Shown here piece after piece: positions 1 through 8,358 of a stretch of 63,239 nt of DNA. Both the position numbers and the translations under genes were made by a program. The stretch covers positions 1 to 63,239 of the forward strand of contig BTWA01000036.1 of assembly GCA_045863295.1 (NCBI GenBank). Reading direction: 5' to 3'. Source of the DNA: Candidatus Hydrogenedentota bacterium (lineage in GTDB: Bacteria > Hydrogenedentota > Hydrogenedentia > Hydrogenedentales > SLHB01). The notes under the pieces are model-generated. The model was not told the DNA's origin, ran no database searches, and saw nothing but the letters and a program-made list of their open reading frames with translations. Numbering within the stretch: the stretch's first letter is position 1; each line of letters begins with the position of its first letter.

Positions 1-176
1 TAGATCTCATGACCACAGTATATCACCGTAGGCATAATAAGTTAAAGCAGTCTAGTCTGTTTGAGCAATTCCTTTCAGCGCCGAGGGTTAGGGTGCTGCC
101 GGAATGAGCCGTCTTGATGTATAATTGCTTCCATGCATGGCTGCATGGCTTTTGAGTCCACGTATCGAGGTCGCCA

Positions 177-2474
177 GTGACTTCTACTGCAACCTTAAAA
201 CGCTGTCTGTTCGCTGCCTCGCTGGTATTGGCCAACAGCGTGTGGGCTTCTCCTCCGCCCCTGCAATTCAACCGTGACATCCGCCCTATTCTCGCCGAGA
301 AATGCTTTAAGTGCCACGGACCCGACGATAGCGCGAGAAAAGCGGGATTGCGCCTGGATGATCGCGAAAACGCCGTGTCTCGCTTGAGGTCCGAAGGGTC
401 TGGGCCTAGCGCATTTGTGGAACGAATCACATCCGATGACGCGGAGACACGAATGCCACCGCCGGACTCCCATAAGGAGTTGACACCGGCGCAGCGCGAA
501 GTGCTTGTCCGTTGGGCCAATGAGGGAGCGGAGTATGAGCCGCACTGGGCGTTTGTCGCCTCGGTCAGGCCGGAAGTGCCCGCCGTGCGCGACCGGAAGT
601 GGCCGGTAACCGAGATCGATTATTTTATCCTTCGCGAGCTCGAAGCCAACGGACTTAGCCCCTCGGCCCAGGCCGACCGTTCGACCTTGTTGCGGCGAGT
701 GACTCTGGATTTGACCGGCCTCCCTCCGACCGCCGCCGAAACGGAATCATTCTTGTCGGACATATCCGACGATGCCTATGATCGCGTAGTAGACCGATTG
801 TTTGCCTCGCCGCAGTATGGCGAGCATATGGCGCTGGACTGGCTGGAGGCGGCACGCTACGCGGACACCGACGGGTACCAGAATGATCGTTTGCGATACA
901 TGCATGTGTGGCGGGACTGGGTCATTCTGGCGATGAACGAGAATCTGCCATTCGATCAATTTGTAATTGAGCAACTGGCCGGAGACTTGCTGCCCAGTGC
1001 CACGTTAAGACAGCAAATTGCGACCGGATTCAATCGCAATCACCGGATTAACTCTGAAAACGGATCTCTGCCAGACGAATGGCTTGTTGAGTACGTGGCG
1101 GATCGGGTGGACACGTTTGGGACCGTATTTCTCGGTCTGACCATGGGATGCGCACGGTGTCACGACCACAAATACGACCCAGTGACTCAGCGTGAGTATT
1201 ACGGCCTCTTCGCATACTTCAACAACGTGCCGGAATGGGGAATCGGCCCCAACAACGGCAACAGCCCGCCGTTTGTCGAAGTGCCTGCGCATTGGCCGCA
1301 CCTGCAGGATCCAGAGAACGTAAAGCAGCGGCCTGAGCCCGTCCGGCTGAAATATGCCAAGGCGAATCCGCCGCGTCCACAAGCGGGTGCTCCCAATACG
1401 GTGATGGTCATGGAAGAAATGGAGATTCCGCGCACCACCTTCCTGCTGCGCCGAGGGCTTTACAACGATCCAGACACGAGCCAGGCCATTCGGCCGGGGG
1501 TACCTGCCGCGATGATGGGAGCCGAGTCCAAGCAACCGGAGGGGCGCTTGGAGCTGGCACGTTGGCTCACGCGGCCGGACCACCCGCTGCTTGCGCGTGT
1601 GACCGTGAATCGCTACTGGCAACATTTCTTTGGCCGGGGCATTGTGGGCACCTCGGAGAATTTCGGAATGCAGGGCGAGTTCCCCAGCCATCCGGAGTTA
1701 CTGGACTGGCTCGCTTTAGAGTTTGTGTTGTCGGGCTGGGATGTAAAAGCGATACACAAACGAATTGTTATGAGTGCAGCGTATCGACAGTCCTCCGTCG
1801 TTACCGACGCATTGAACGAGCGAGATCCGGAGAATCGATTTATCGCTCGTGGACCCCGGCTTCGCCTGACGGCGCAGCAGCTACGCGACCAAGCCCTTTT
1901 CGCAAGCGGGTTGCTGGTGCAGAAAGTGGGCGGGCCTTCCGTAAAACCCTATATGCCGCCCGGACTATGGGAGTCGGTGAGCAACGCGACGTATGAGCAA
2001 GGCACTGGGGAAGACTTGTACCGTCGGAGCATTTATACTTATTGGCGCAGAACGACCCCGCCACCCATGATGACGGCCTTTGACGCCGCTAACCGGGAGA
2101 CGTGTATTGTGCGGCGGCAGTCGACCAATACACCGCTGCATGCGCTGACGCTCATGAACAATGTGGAGTTTGTCGAATCAGCGCGGTTCCTGGCGGAAAA
2201 GATGCTTGCGGGGGGCGATTCGCTGGATGTTCAGGTATCGGCGGGTTTTGTTTCCTTGTTGTCTCGCGAACCCGATGTAGACGAGCGGAGCGATCTGAAG
2301 AACGCATTTGAAGCGTTCTACGCGAAGTTTCGTGCGGAGCCTCAACGCGCGGAGAAGCTGCTCATGGCCGGTCCGTCACCCTTTTCGAGCAAATATGACA
2401 AGGCCTATCTTGCCAGCATGACGATGACCGCGTCAGTGTTGTTGAATTTGGATGAGGCGATCATGCGCAATTGA
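177..2474 (+). CDS. PSD1/planctomycete cytochrome c domain protein (PSCyt1 + DUF1549 + DUF1553), secreted
   Basis: Signal peptide; 'FNRDIRPILAEKCFKCHG' heme motif; 'HWAF', 'LLRRVTLDLTGLPPT', 'WLEAARYADTDG', 'CARCHDHKYDP', 'PSHPELLDWLA', 'RRSIY', 'TNTPLHALTLMN' are hallmark motifs. Confidence 0.93.
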   Translation: MTSTATLKRCLFAASLVLANSVWASPPPLQFNRDIRPILAEKCFKCHGPDDSARKAGLRLDDRENAVSRLRSEGSGPSAFVERITSDDAETRMPPPDSHKELTPAQREVLVRWANEGAEYEPHWAFVASVRPEVPAVRDRKWPVTEIDYFILRELEANGLSPSAQADRSTLLRRVTLDLTGLPPTAAETESFLSDISDDAYDRVVDRLFASPQYGEHMALDWLEAARYADTDGYQNDRLRYMHVWRDWVILAMNENLPFDQFVIEQLAGDLLPSATLRQQIATGFNRNHRINSENGSLPDEWLVEYVADRVDTFGTVFLGLTMGCARCHDHKYDPVTQREYYGLFAYFNNVPEWGIGPNNGNSPPFVEVPAHWPHLQDPENVKQRPEPVRLKYAKANPPRPQAGAPNTVMVMEEMEIPRTTFLLRRGLYNDPDTSQAIRPGVPAAMMGAESKQPEGRLELARWLTRPDHPLLARVTVNRYWQHFFGRGIVGTSENFGMQGEFPSHPELLDWLALEFVLSGWDVKAIHKRIVMSAAYRQSSVVTDALNERDPENRFIARGPRLRLTAQQLRDQALFASGLLVQKVGGPSVKPYMPPGLWESVSNATYEQGTGEDLYRRSIYTYWRRTTPPPMMTAFDAANRETCIVRRQSTNTPLHALTLMNNVEFVESARFLAEKMLAGGDSLDVQVSAGFVSLLSREPDVDERSDLKNAFEAFYAKFRAEPQRAEKLLMAGPSPFSSKYDKAYLASMTMTASVLLNLDEAIMRN

Positions 2475-2507
2475 ACGGCGCACCGAAAACCAGGAAATGA
2501 GCGGCCC

Positions 2508-3929
2508 ATGGATACGATGGCATCTATTAACCGGCGAGCTTTTTTCGGCAGGGCCGCTTCGGGCATCGGGGCCATGGCGCTCGGCGCCCTGTTGAATCAA
2601 TCCACCCATGCCGCACCGCTGGTCTCCGCTCCGCACTTCGCGCCTCGGGCACGTCGAATCATCTACTTGTTTCAGTCCGGCGGGCCGTCGCAAATGGATT
2701 TGTTTGACTATAAGCCCGGCCTGCGCGATCGCCGGGGTGAAGATGTTCCCACGTCCGTCTATCCGAGCGAACGCAAGACCACGATGTCTTCGGGTCAGAC
2801 TCAGTTTCCCGTGGCTCCGAGCAAGTATGCGTTTCGACAGCACGGCTCGGCGGGCATCTGGATGAGCGAACTGTTGCCGAACACGGCCCGCATCGCAGAT
2901 GACCTTTGCGTTGTGAAATCGATGTACACCGATGCCATTAACCACGATCCCGCGATTACGTTCCTGCAGACGGGGTCGCAGGTTCCGGGCCGGCCGAGCA
3001 TGGGCGCGTGGATGGCGTACGGTTTGGGATCGGAGACCGAGGATTTGCCCGCCTTTGTCGCGATGAACTCGCGCGGCAAGGACAAGGGCGATCAGCCGTT
3101 GTATGATCGACTTTGGGGAAGTGGATTCTTGCCGTCGCACTACCAGGGGGTGAAGTTTCGCAACCAAGGCGATTTGGTACTGGATATATCGAATCCGGAT
3201 GGTATTGACGATGACATCAGGCGGACTATGTTGGACACGGTGAGCACGATGAATGCACGCAAGCTGCGCGAGTACGGGGATCCGGAGATCCATGCGCGGA
3301 TTGCCCAATATGAAATGGCGTATCGCATGCAAGCGTCAGTGCCGGAACTCGCCGATATTGGCAGCGAACCGGAATCCACGTTCGAGTTGTATGGCCAGGA
3401 TGCGCGCATCTCTGGCACATATGCGTACAATTGTCTGATTGCGCGTCGCCTGGCGGAACGAGGCGTTCGATTCGTACAGTTGTTTCATCAGGGTTGGGAT
3501 CAACACGGGAGTCTTCCCAAGCGCCTGCCGGAGCAATGCCTGGATACCGATCGCGCGAGTGCGGCGCTGGTGATCGATCTAAAGCAACGCGGGATGCTGG
3601 ACGATACGTTGGTGATCTGGGGAGGCGAGTTTGGGCGCACGGTGTATTGCCAGGGCGAACTGACGCACGAAACCTACGGCCGCGATCATCACCCCTCCTG
3701 TTTCACAATGTGGATGGCGGGAGGCGGCATCCGGCCGGGTTTAAGCTATGGCGAAACGGACGACTATAGCGTGAATGTGGTCGAGAAGCCGGTGCATGTG
3801 CATGACTTGCACGCGACGATTCTTCATCTGATGGGGATCGACCATGAACGTCTGACGTATTCCTACCAGGGCCGGGACTTCCGGCTCACCGACGTGCATG
3901 GACGCGTCGTGCATGACCTTATTGTGTAG
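2508..3929 (+). CDS. DUF1501 family protein (alkaline phosphatase/sulfatase-like fold), Tat signal
   Basis: 'NRRAFF' twin-arginine motif; 'GGPSQMDLFDYKP', 'GWDQH', 'GEFGRT', 'GRDHH', 'RLTDVHG'; directly follows a PSD1 gene. Confidence 0.93.
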   Translation: MDTMASINRRAFFGRAASGIGAMALGALLNQSTHAAPLVSAPHFAPRARRIIYLFQSGGPSQMDLFDYKPGLRDRRGEDVPTSVYPSERKTTMSSGQTQFPVAPSKYAFRQHGSAGIWMSELLPNTARIADDLCVVKSMYTDAINHDPAITFLQTGSQVPGRPSMGAWMAYGLGSETEDLPAFVAMNSRGKDKGDQPLYDRLWGSGFLPSHYQGVKFRNQGDLVLDISNPDGIDDDIRRTMLDTVSTMNARKLREYGDPEIHARIAQYEMAYRMQASVPELADIGSEPESTFELYGQDARISGTYAYNCLIARRLAERGVRFVQLFHQGWDQHGSLPKRLPEQCLDTDRASAALVIDLKQRGMLDDTLVIWGGEFGRTVYCQGELTHETYGRDHHPSCFTMWMAGGGIRPGLSYGETDDYSVNVVEKPVHVHDLHATILHLMGIDHERLTYSYQGRDFRLTDVHGRVVHDLIV

Positions 3930-3931
3930 GG

Positions 3932-5155
3932 CTACTGGCTCATCCCTCGGGCGGAGATGGGCCAGATTTCCTCAATCTGGCCGTTGCGGCATACGTGAAA
4001 CCGATCATACAGGTTGATCGTGGGATCGCAGTGCGCGGGAATAATAGCCAACTTGTCGCCGATCTCAATTGGGCGTGACGGTGAATCTAGCATCAGGATT
4101 CCGTGTTCGTCGCCTCCGATGTCATAAGTGACCCCCGTGATATCGCGCACAAGGTGATTCGGCGAGTCGCGGTAGAGTGCCTTGAGTCCGGCGTCGATAG
4201 TGATTTGGTTGGACACAGGCTGACTGATGGCGGTGCTCCAGACGTACATTGCGGACGGAAACGCATCGAACATGGGCCGGCCGTCGGGGTCTTCCAGGAT
4301 GCCGTATTGCACGTCCATGACGGGATACGAGCCGCACTGCAGGTCCGTTAGGCCCGGCAGCGCGCTGTCGATGTTGTATGTACCGGTGCCGCCGCCGGAA
4401 AACACGGGCAATTTGATTCCCTCTTGTTGTATGCGGTTGCGAGTTTCGAGTGCCGCATTCATGAATTCCAGTGACCTCGCCTTGCGCCGGTCAAATCGCT
4501 TCACATGCATGGCGTGTCCGCCGTAGCATTGCGCACCGCCCAGCACGAGATGCGGCAGCTTGGCAATTGCCCGCGCAAGCTCAACTGCGGGTTCCCCTGG
4601 GGCGATCCCTGTACGGCCCAGGCCGGAGTCGATATCCAGAACGACGCCTAGGCGAATGCCTACCGCTCCCGCGGCATGATTCAAGTCCTTTGCGTTCCAT
4701 ACCTGATCGACGACAATCTGAAGTCCGGGGGCTCGCGACGCCAGCGCGATTACGCGATCGATTTTTTCCTTGGTGACCACCGGCGACGTTATCAAGATTT
4801 TGTCGATACCCGATGCGGCCATCACCTCCGCCTCGCTGACTTTGGCGCAACAAATGCCAACCGCGCCGAGTTCCATTTGCCTCTTGGCCAGACAAGGGCA
4901 CTTGTGGGTCTTTGTATGAGGCCGAAGGCCAACTCCTTTCGCCTTCAAAAAGTCGGCCATGTTACGAAGATTGGCTTCGAGCCGATCGGCATCCAGGACG
5001 AGGGCGGGGGTGGGAAGATCTTGGAGTGGGATCGGTTGTTCGAACTGGCGAGGTTGCCACGACAAGGAATCACCCTGCGCAATGGTTTCCGAAGCGGAGA
5101 CGGCACCGGCTACGGCAGCGACCGACAAGAACGAGCGCCGGGTAAATATGGACAC
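3932..5155 (-). CDS. DSD1/D-threonine aldolase family PLP enzyme (alanine-racemase fold) with Tat signal
   Basis: 'LPTPALVLD', 'LRPHTKTHKC' (PLP Lys), 'SGGGTGT', 'DAGLKA', 'DEHG', 'HCDPTINLYD'; N-terminal 'TRRSFL' plus AxA site. Confidence 0.88.
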   Translation of the reverse strand: MSIFTRRSFLSVAAVAGAVSASETIAQGDSLSWQPRQFEQPIPLQDLPTPALVLDADRLEANLRNMADFLKAKGVGLRPHTKTHKCPCLAKRQMELGAVGICCAKVSEAEVMAASGIDKILITSPVVTKEKIDRVIALASRAPGLQIVVDQVWNAKDLNHAAGAVGIRLGVVLDIDSGLGRTGIAPGEPAVELARAIAKLPHLVLGGAQCYGGHAMHVKRFDRRKARSLEFMNAALETRNRIQQEGIKLPVFSGGGTGTYNIDSALPGLTDLQCGSYPVMDVQYGILEDPDGRPMFDAFPSAMYVWSTAISQPVSNQITIDAGLKALYRDSPNHLVRDITGVTYDIGGDEHGILMLDSPSRPIEIGDKLAIIPAHCDPTINLYDRFHVCRNGQIEEIWPISARGMSQ

Positions 5156-5307
5156 CTAGAGATACTCCTGAAATTGCGAAACCTATATGATTATCGGCCT
5201 CATCCCGTCCGGTCAATAGTAAGTAGCGCGAAGATATGGATGCATTTCAACGATCTATCACAAGCGAAACGTGGGTTGGAGGTGCGGACAAAAACCGTAA
5301 ACATTTT

Positions 5308-5952
5308 CTAGCTTGGAATTCTCCCGTACGCTGCACCATCCAGCTTTCGGATCAGGCGCACGTATTGGGGAAAGCTAAGACCCATGCCAAGCGTCACAAT
5401 CATGCAAAATACCATCCAGGTTATTCCGCCTGCGCTAATCAAGTAGGGTACGGCAATTGTCCAAACCAAGAAAGGGCACAGCGCGTCCACAAGCAACACG
5501 ACCTTAATGTTATTCCCAAATAGCCTGCGGACGATTAGCACAATGACCGCAGTGCAATAGACAGCGTATATCAGGTACGGACTAGGTAGAACTCGATCCA
5601 AAGGTAACCCATTAAACAATACAGGCAACAACCCCATCAACGCAGCGAATCCAAGCAATACGCCACGCGGCCAATTAGTAGGACGATTGCGGACTTTCGC
5701 CAGGACTTTTTCCTCCCGGCGGGTCAGGTATACCTTTTCGTATTTCCTGTTTGCTTGATTTGGATCGCCCAAGGAGACGATTGTGGCATTCACGGCGGCA
5801 AGCGGCGTAGAGCCTGCCTCGATCTGCGACTCATACGCTTCGAACACATGGCCTTGCACTTCTGACCGTATACGCGCGCAAGCTTCGTCACAGAGACCGC
5901 GCGTGGCGGTGGCCAACCATGGTTCCAATGTCTCTAGCAGAATTCTGCTCAT
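5308..5952 (-). CDS. Membrane protein with N-terminal HAAS/permease-prefix-like domain (PadR partner)
   Basis: 'WLATATRGL..RIRSEVQGHV..G....A....I.SLGDP' pattern followed by about four hydrophobic helices; 3 nt downstream of PadR. Confidence 0.7.
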   Translation of the reverse strand: MSRILLETLEPWLATATRGLCDEACARIRSEVQGHVFEAYESQIEAGSTPLAAVNATIVSLGDPNQANRKYEKVYLTRREEKVLAKVRNRPTNWPRGVLLGFAALMGLLPVLFNGLPLDRVLPSPYLIYAVYCTAVIVLIVRRLFGNNIKVVLLVDALCPFLVWTIAVPYLISAGGITWMVFCMIVTLGMGLSFPQYVRLIRKLDGAAYGRIPS

Positions 5953-5955
5953 GGA

Positions 5956-6273
5956 TCATCCCATCCCATGCAATGGTTTGAGCATATAGTCTGCTGCAAT
6001 CACAGATCGTGCTCCCCTCAATTCCAATGCACGTACAATTCCGCGCTCGGTCAATTTGTAGTGACGCCTTTTGGCATTCTCTGTTCTTGATTCGTAGGAA
6101 ACGAGGTATCCGCAAGATTCCAATTCGTAAAGCGCCGCGTACAACAGGCCCTCGCGCGCGTCGAGCAGGCCCGGCGTTCGCTGCTTTATGGTTTGGGCTA
6201 TCGAATACCCGTAGTCCGGTCCGGGGATCAGAACTTCGAGAATAGCGTCGTGAAGTAACGTACTTTCAACCAT
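5956..6273 (-). CDS. PadR family transcriptional regulator (105 aa; start re-placed at ATG 6273)
   Basis: 'ILEVL..GPDYGYSIAQTI..REGLLYAALYELESCGYL..RRHYKLTERG' winged-helix PadR signature within the longer 5956..6792 ORF. Confidence 0.88.
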   Translation of the reverse strand: MVESTLLHDAILEVLIPGPDYGYSIAQTIKQRTPGLLDAREGLLYAALYELESCGYLVSYESRTENAKRRHYKLTERGIVRALELRGARSVIAADYMLKPLHGMG

Positions 6274-6489
6274 GAAGGCATAATACGCGGCGTCGAAAAG
6301 TCGGTCAAGAGTTCGAGCGGAAGCGTGAATAGGCCGGCAAACATGCTTAAGTTGAAAGGCTGCGGTGGACCCCGCGAGCGTGGGCCAATGCCCTATGGAA
6401 GCGGGGAGATTCCAGCGAAGTTGTCGCATTCGGCTGATTCGGCGAGGTGTTTTTGTTAGTATGGATTTAGGGAGGCTTGGGGCAGCGCT

Positions 6490-8358
6490 ATGGGCATTCT
6501 TGCGCGGATATTGTGCGGCGGACTCTTGACGGTTTCTATTTCGCTCGCCTTGGCCGAGAGCGCGGATCGGGAATGGCGCTATTATGCCAAGGATGCGGGT
6601 GGAACGCGCTTTTCTCCTTTGGACGACATTCACCGGGGCAATGTGGCGGACCTTGAACGCGCGTGGACATACCGCACAGGTGATATTGCCGAGGGCGGCG
6701 CGCATTATGCGGAATGCACGCCGTTGGTGGTGGACGGCGTGATGTATGTCATTACGCCGTTTTCGCGGCTTATTGCAATTGACGCGACCCACGGGACGGA
6801 GTTGTGGCGCTTTACCCCTGAGCCGCCGTTGGCGCTGACCGAAACCGGGGGCGGCGGGCTGGCGAGCCGTGGGATCGCCTACTTAAAATCCAAAGGGAAA
6901 CGACGCGTCATTCTCCCCGTTCGTGATGGACGTGTTTATTGCATTGATGTTGGTACCCACAAGCCCGATCCCGATTTTGGCAGCGGCGGTTACATTGATC
7001 TTCGCGCAGGATTGCCTGACGGCGGGCGTTATCTGATGCTGAGTTCTCCTCCTGCGATCTATAAGAACGTGCTGTTGCAACCCTACGGAATCAACGACAC
7101 GTCCGCGTATCATGTGCCGTATGTGCCGGTTCGTGCTTACGACACGCGCACGGGCGAGTTGCTCTGGTCCTTTGACACCGTGCCCCAACCCGGCCAGTTC
7201 GGGCATGACACGTGGGGCGGCAACTCCTGGAATAATCGCGGGGGCTGCAATCCGTGGGCGCCGGTCAGTGTGGATGAGAAGCGGGGCATTTTCTACATTG
7301 CCGTGGGCGCGCCCAATGCCGACAAGTATGGGGGCGACCGGCACGGCGACAATCTGTTCGCAAACTCCGTTGTCGCACTAGATGCGATGACGGGGGAACG
7401 CATTTGGCATTATCAAACAGTTCATCACGATGTGTGGGATTACGATCTTCCTGCGTTGCCCGTTCTTTTTGATGCGCGAATCGGAAAGAAGACATTTTCT
7501 GGCGTTGCTGTTGTGGGCAAGACTGGGTTTGTGTATGTATTTGACCGGGTCACGGGAAGCCCATTGCATCCAATCGAGGAGCGCCCCGTGCCTGCGAGCG
7601 ACGTGCCCGGCGAATACGTTTCTCCGACGCAGCCGTTTCCAAGCAAGCCTCCGGCTTTTTCGCGGCAGCAGTTGCGGTTCGAGGACCTGAGCGAAATCGA
7701 CCCCGTAGGAAAACCGGCTTTGGAAACTGCATTCCACTCCGTGCGTTCGGAAGGATTGTTCACACCGCCGTCGTTGCGCGGTAGCATTGTGTTGCCCGGA
7801 CAACTTGGCGGGGGCAACTGGTCGGGCGCTGCCGTTGCTCCTGATGGGATGATGTATGTGACGGCAAACGATTTGCCTTATGTCTCCATGGTTACCCCAA
7901 GCGAAAGCCCTTATGGGGCGACCGCCAAGGCGGGTCACTTCCGCGATGCGTTGGGCTATCCCGCTATTAAGCCGCCTTGGGGGACATTGACCAAGATCGA
8001 TTTACTCCAGGGAGAAATCGTTTGGCAGAAACCTTTAGGAGAGTTTGTGGAATTGACTGCCAAAGGTGTTGCCCCCACTGGACAGCTCAATTTTGGAGGC
8101 GCGACAGTCACCGCGGGCGGCGTGGTGTTTGCCGCGGCCTCCATGGACGGACGGTTTCGAGCCTTCGATGCAGAAACTGGACACGTGTTGTACGAGGATG
8201 CCATGGAGGCCGCGGGGTACGGCGCTCCAGTCACCTACTCCGGCAGCGACAATGTGCAGTATGTAGCGATTTTTGCGGGTGGCGGCGGCAAGGCCCACAC
8301 GGTGAGTGGCGACTACGTAATCGCGTACCGCCTGAAACGGGGAGCTGAGAAGGAATGA
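6490..8358 (+). CDS. PQQ-dependent glucose/quinate dehydrogenase-family quinoprotein, soluble/periplasmic type
   Basis: Signal peptide; 'RFSPLDDIHRGNVADLERAWTYRTGD', 'ECTPLVVDGVMY', 'YQTVHHDVWDYDLP', 'SPTQPFP', 'KPPWGTL', 'FRAFDAETG'; no N-terminal TM bundle. Confidence 0.88.
   Translation: MGILARILCGGLLTVSISLALAESADREWRYYAKDAGGTRFSPLDDIHRGNVADLERAWTYRTGDIAEGGAHYAECTPLVVDGVMYVITPFSRLIAIDATHGTELWRFTPEPPLALTETGGGGLASRGIAYLKSKGKRRVILPVRDGRVYCIDVGTHKPDPDFGSGGYIDLRAGLPDGGRYLMLSSPPAIYKNVLLQPYGINDTSAYHVPYVPVRAYDTRTGELLWSFDTVPQPGQFGHDTWGGNSWNNRGGCNPWAPVSVDEKRGIFYIAVGAPNADKYGGDRHGDNLFANSVVALDAMTGERIWHYQTVHHDVWDYDLPALPVLFDARIGKKTFSGVAVVGKTGFVYVFDRVTGSPLHPIEERPVPASDVPGEYVSPTQPFPSKPPAFSRQQLRFEDLSEIDPVGKPALETAFHSVRSEGLFTPPSLRGSIVLPGQLGGGNWSGAAVAPDGMMYVTANDLPYVSMVTPSESPYGATAKAGHFRDALGYPAIKPPWGTLTKIDLLQGEIVWQKPLGEFVELTAKGVAPTGQLNFGGATVTAGGVVFAAASMDGRFRAFDAETGHVLYEDAMEAAGYGAPVTYSGSDNVQYVAIFAGGGGKAHTVSGDYVIAYRLKRGAEKE

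Noticed and set aside
6274..6792. N-terminal extension of PadR in the 278-aa ORF
   Set aside because: It overlaps the PQQ gene antisense and has no protein-like features; the PadR domain is complete from ATG 6273
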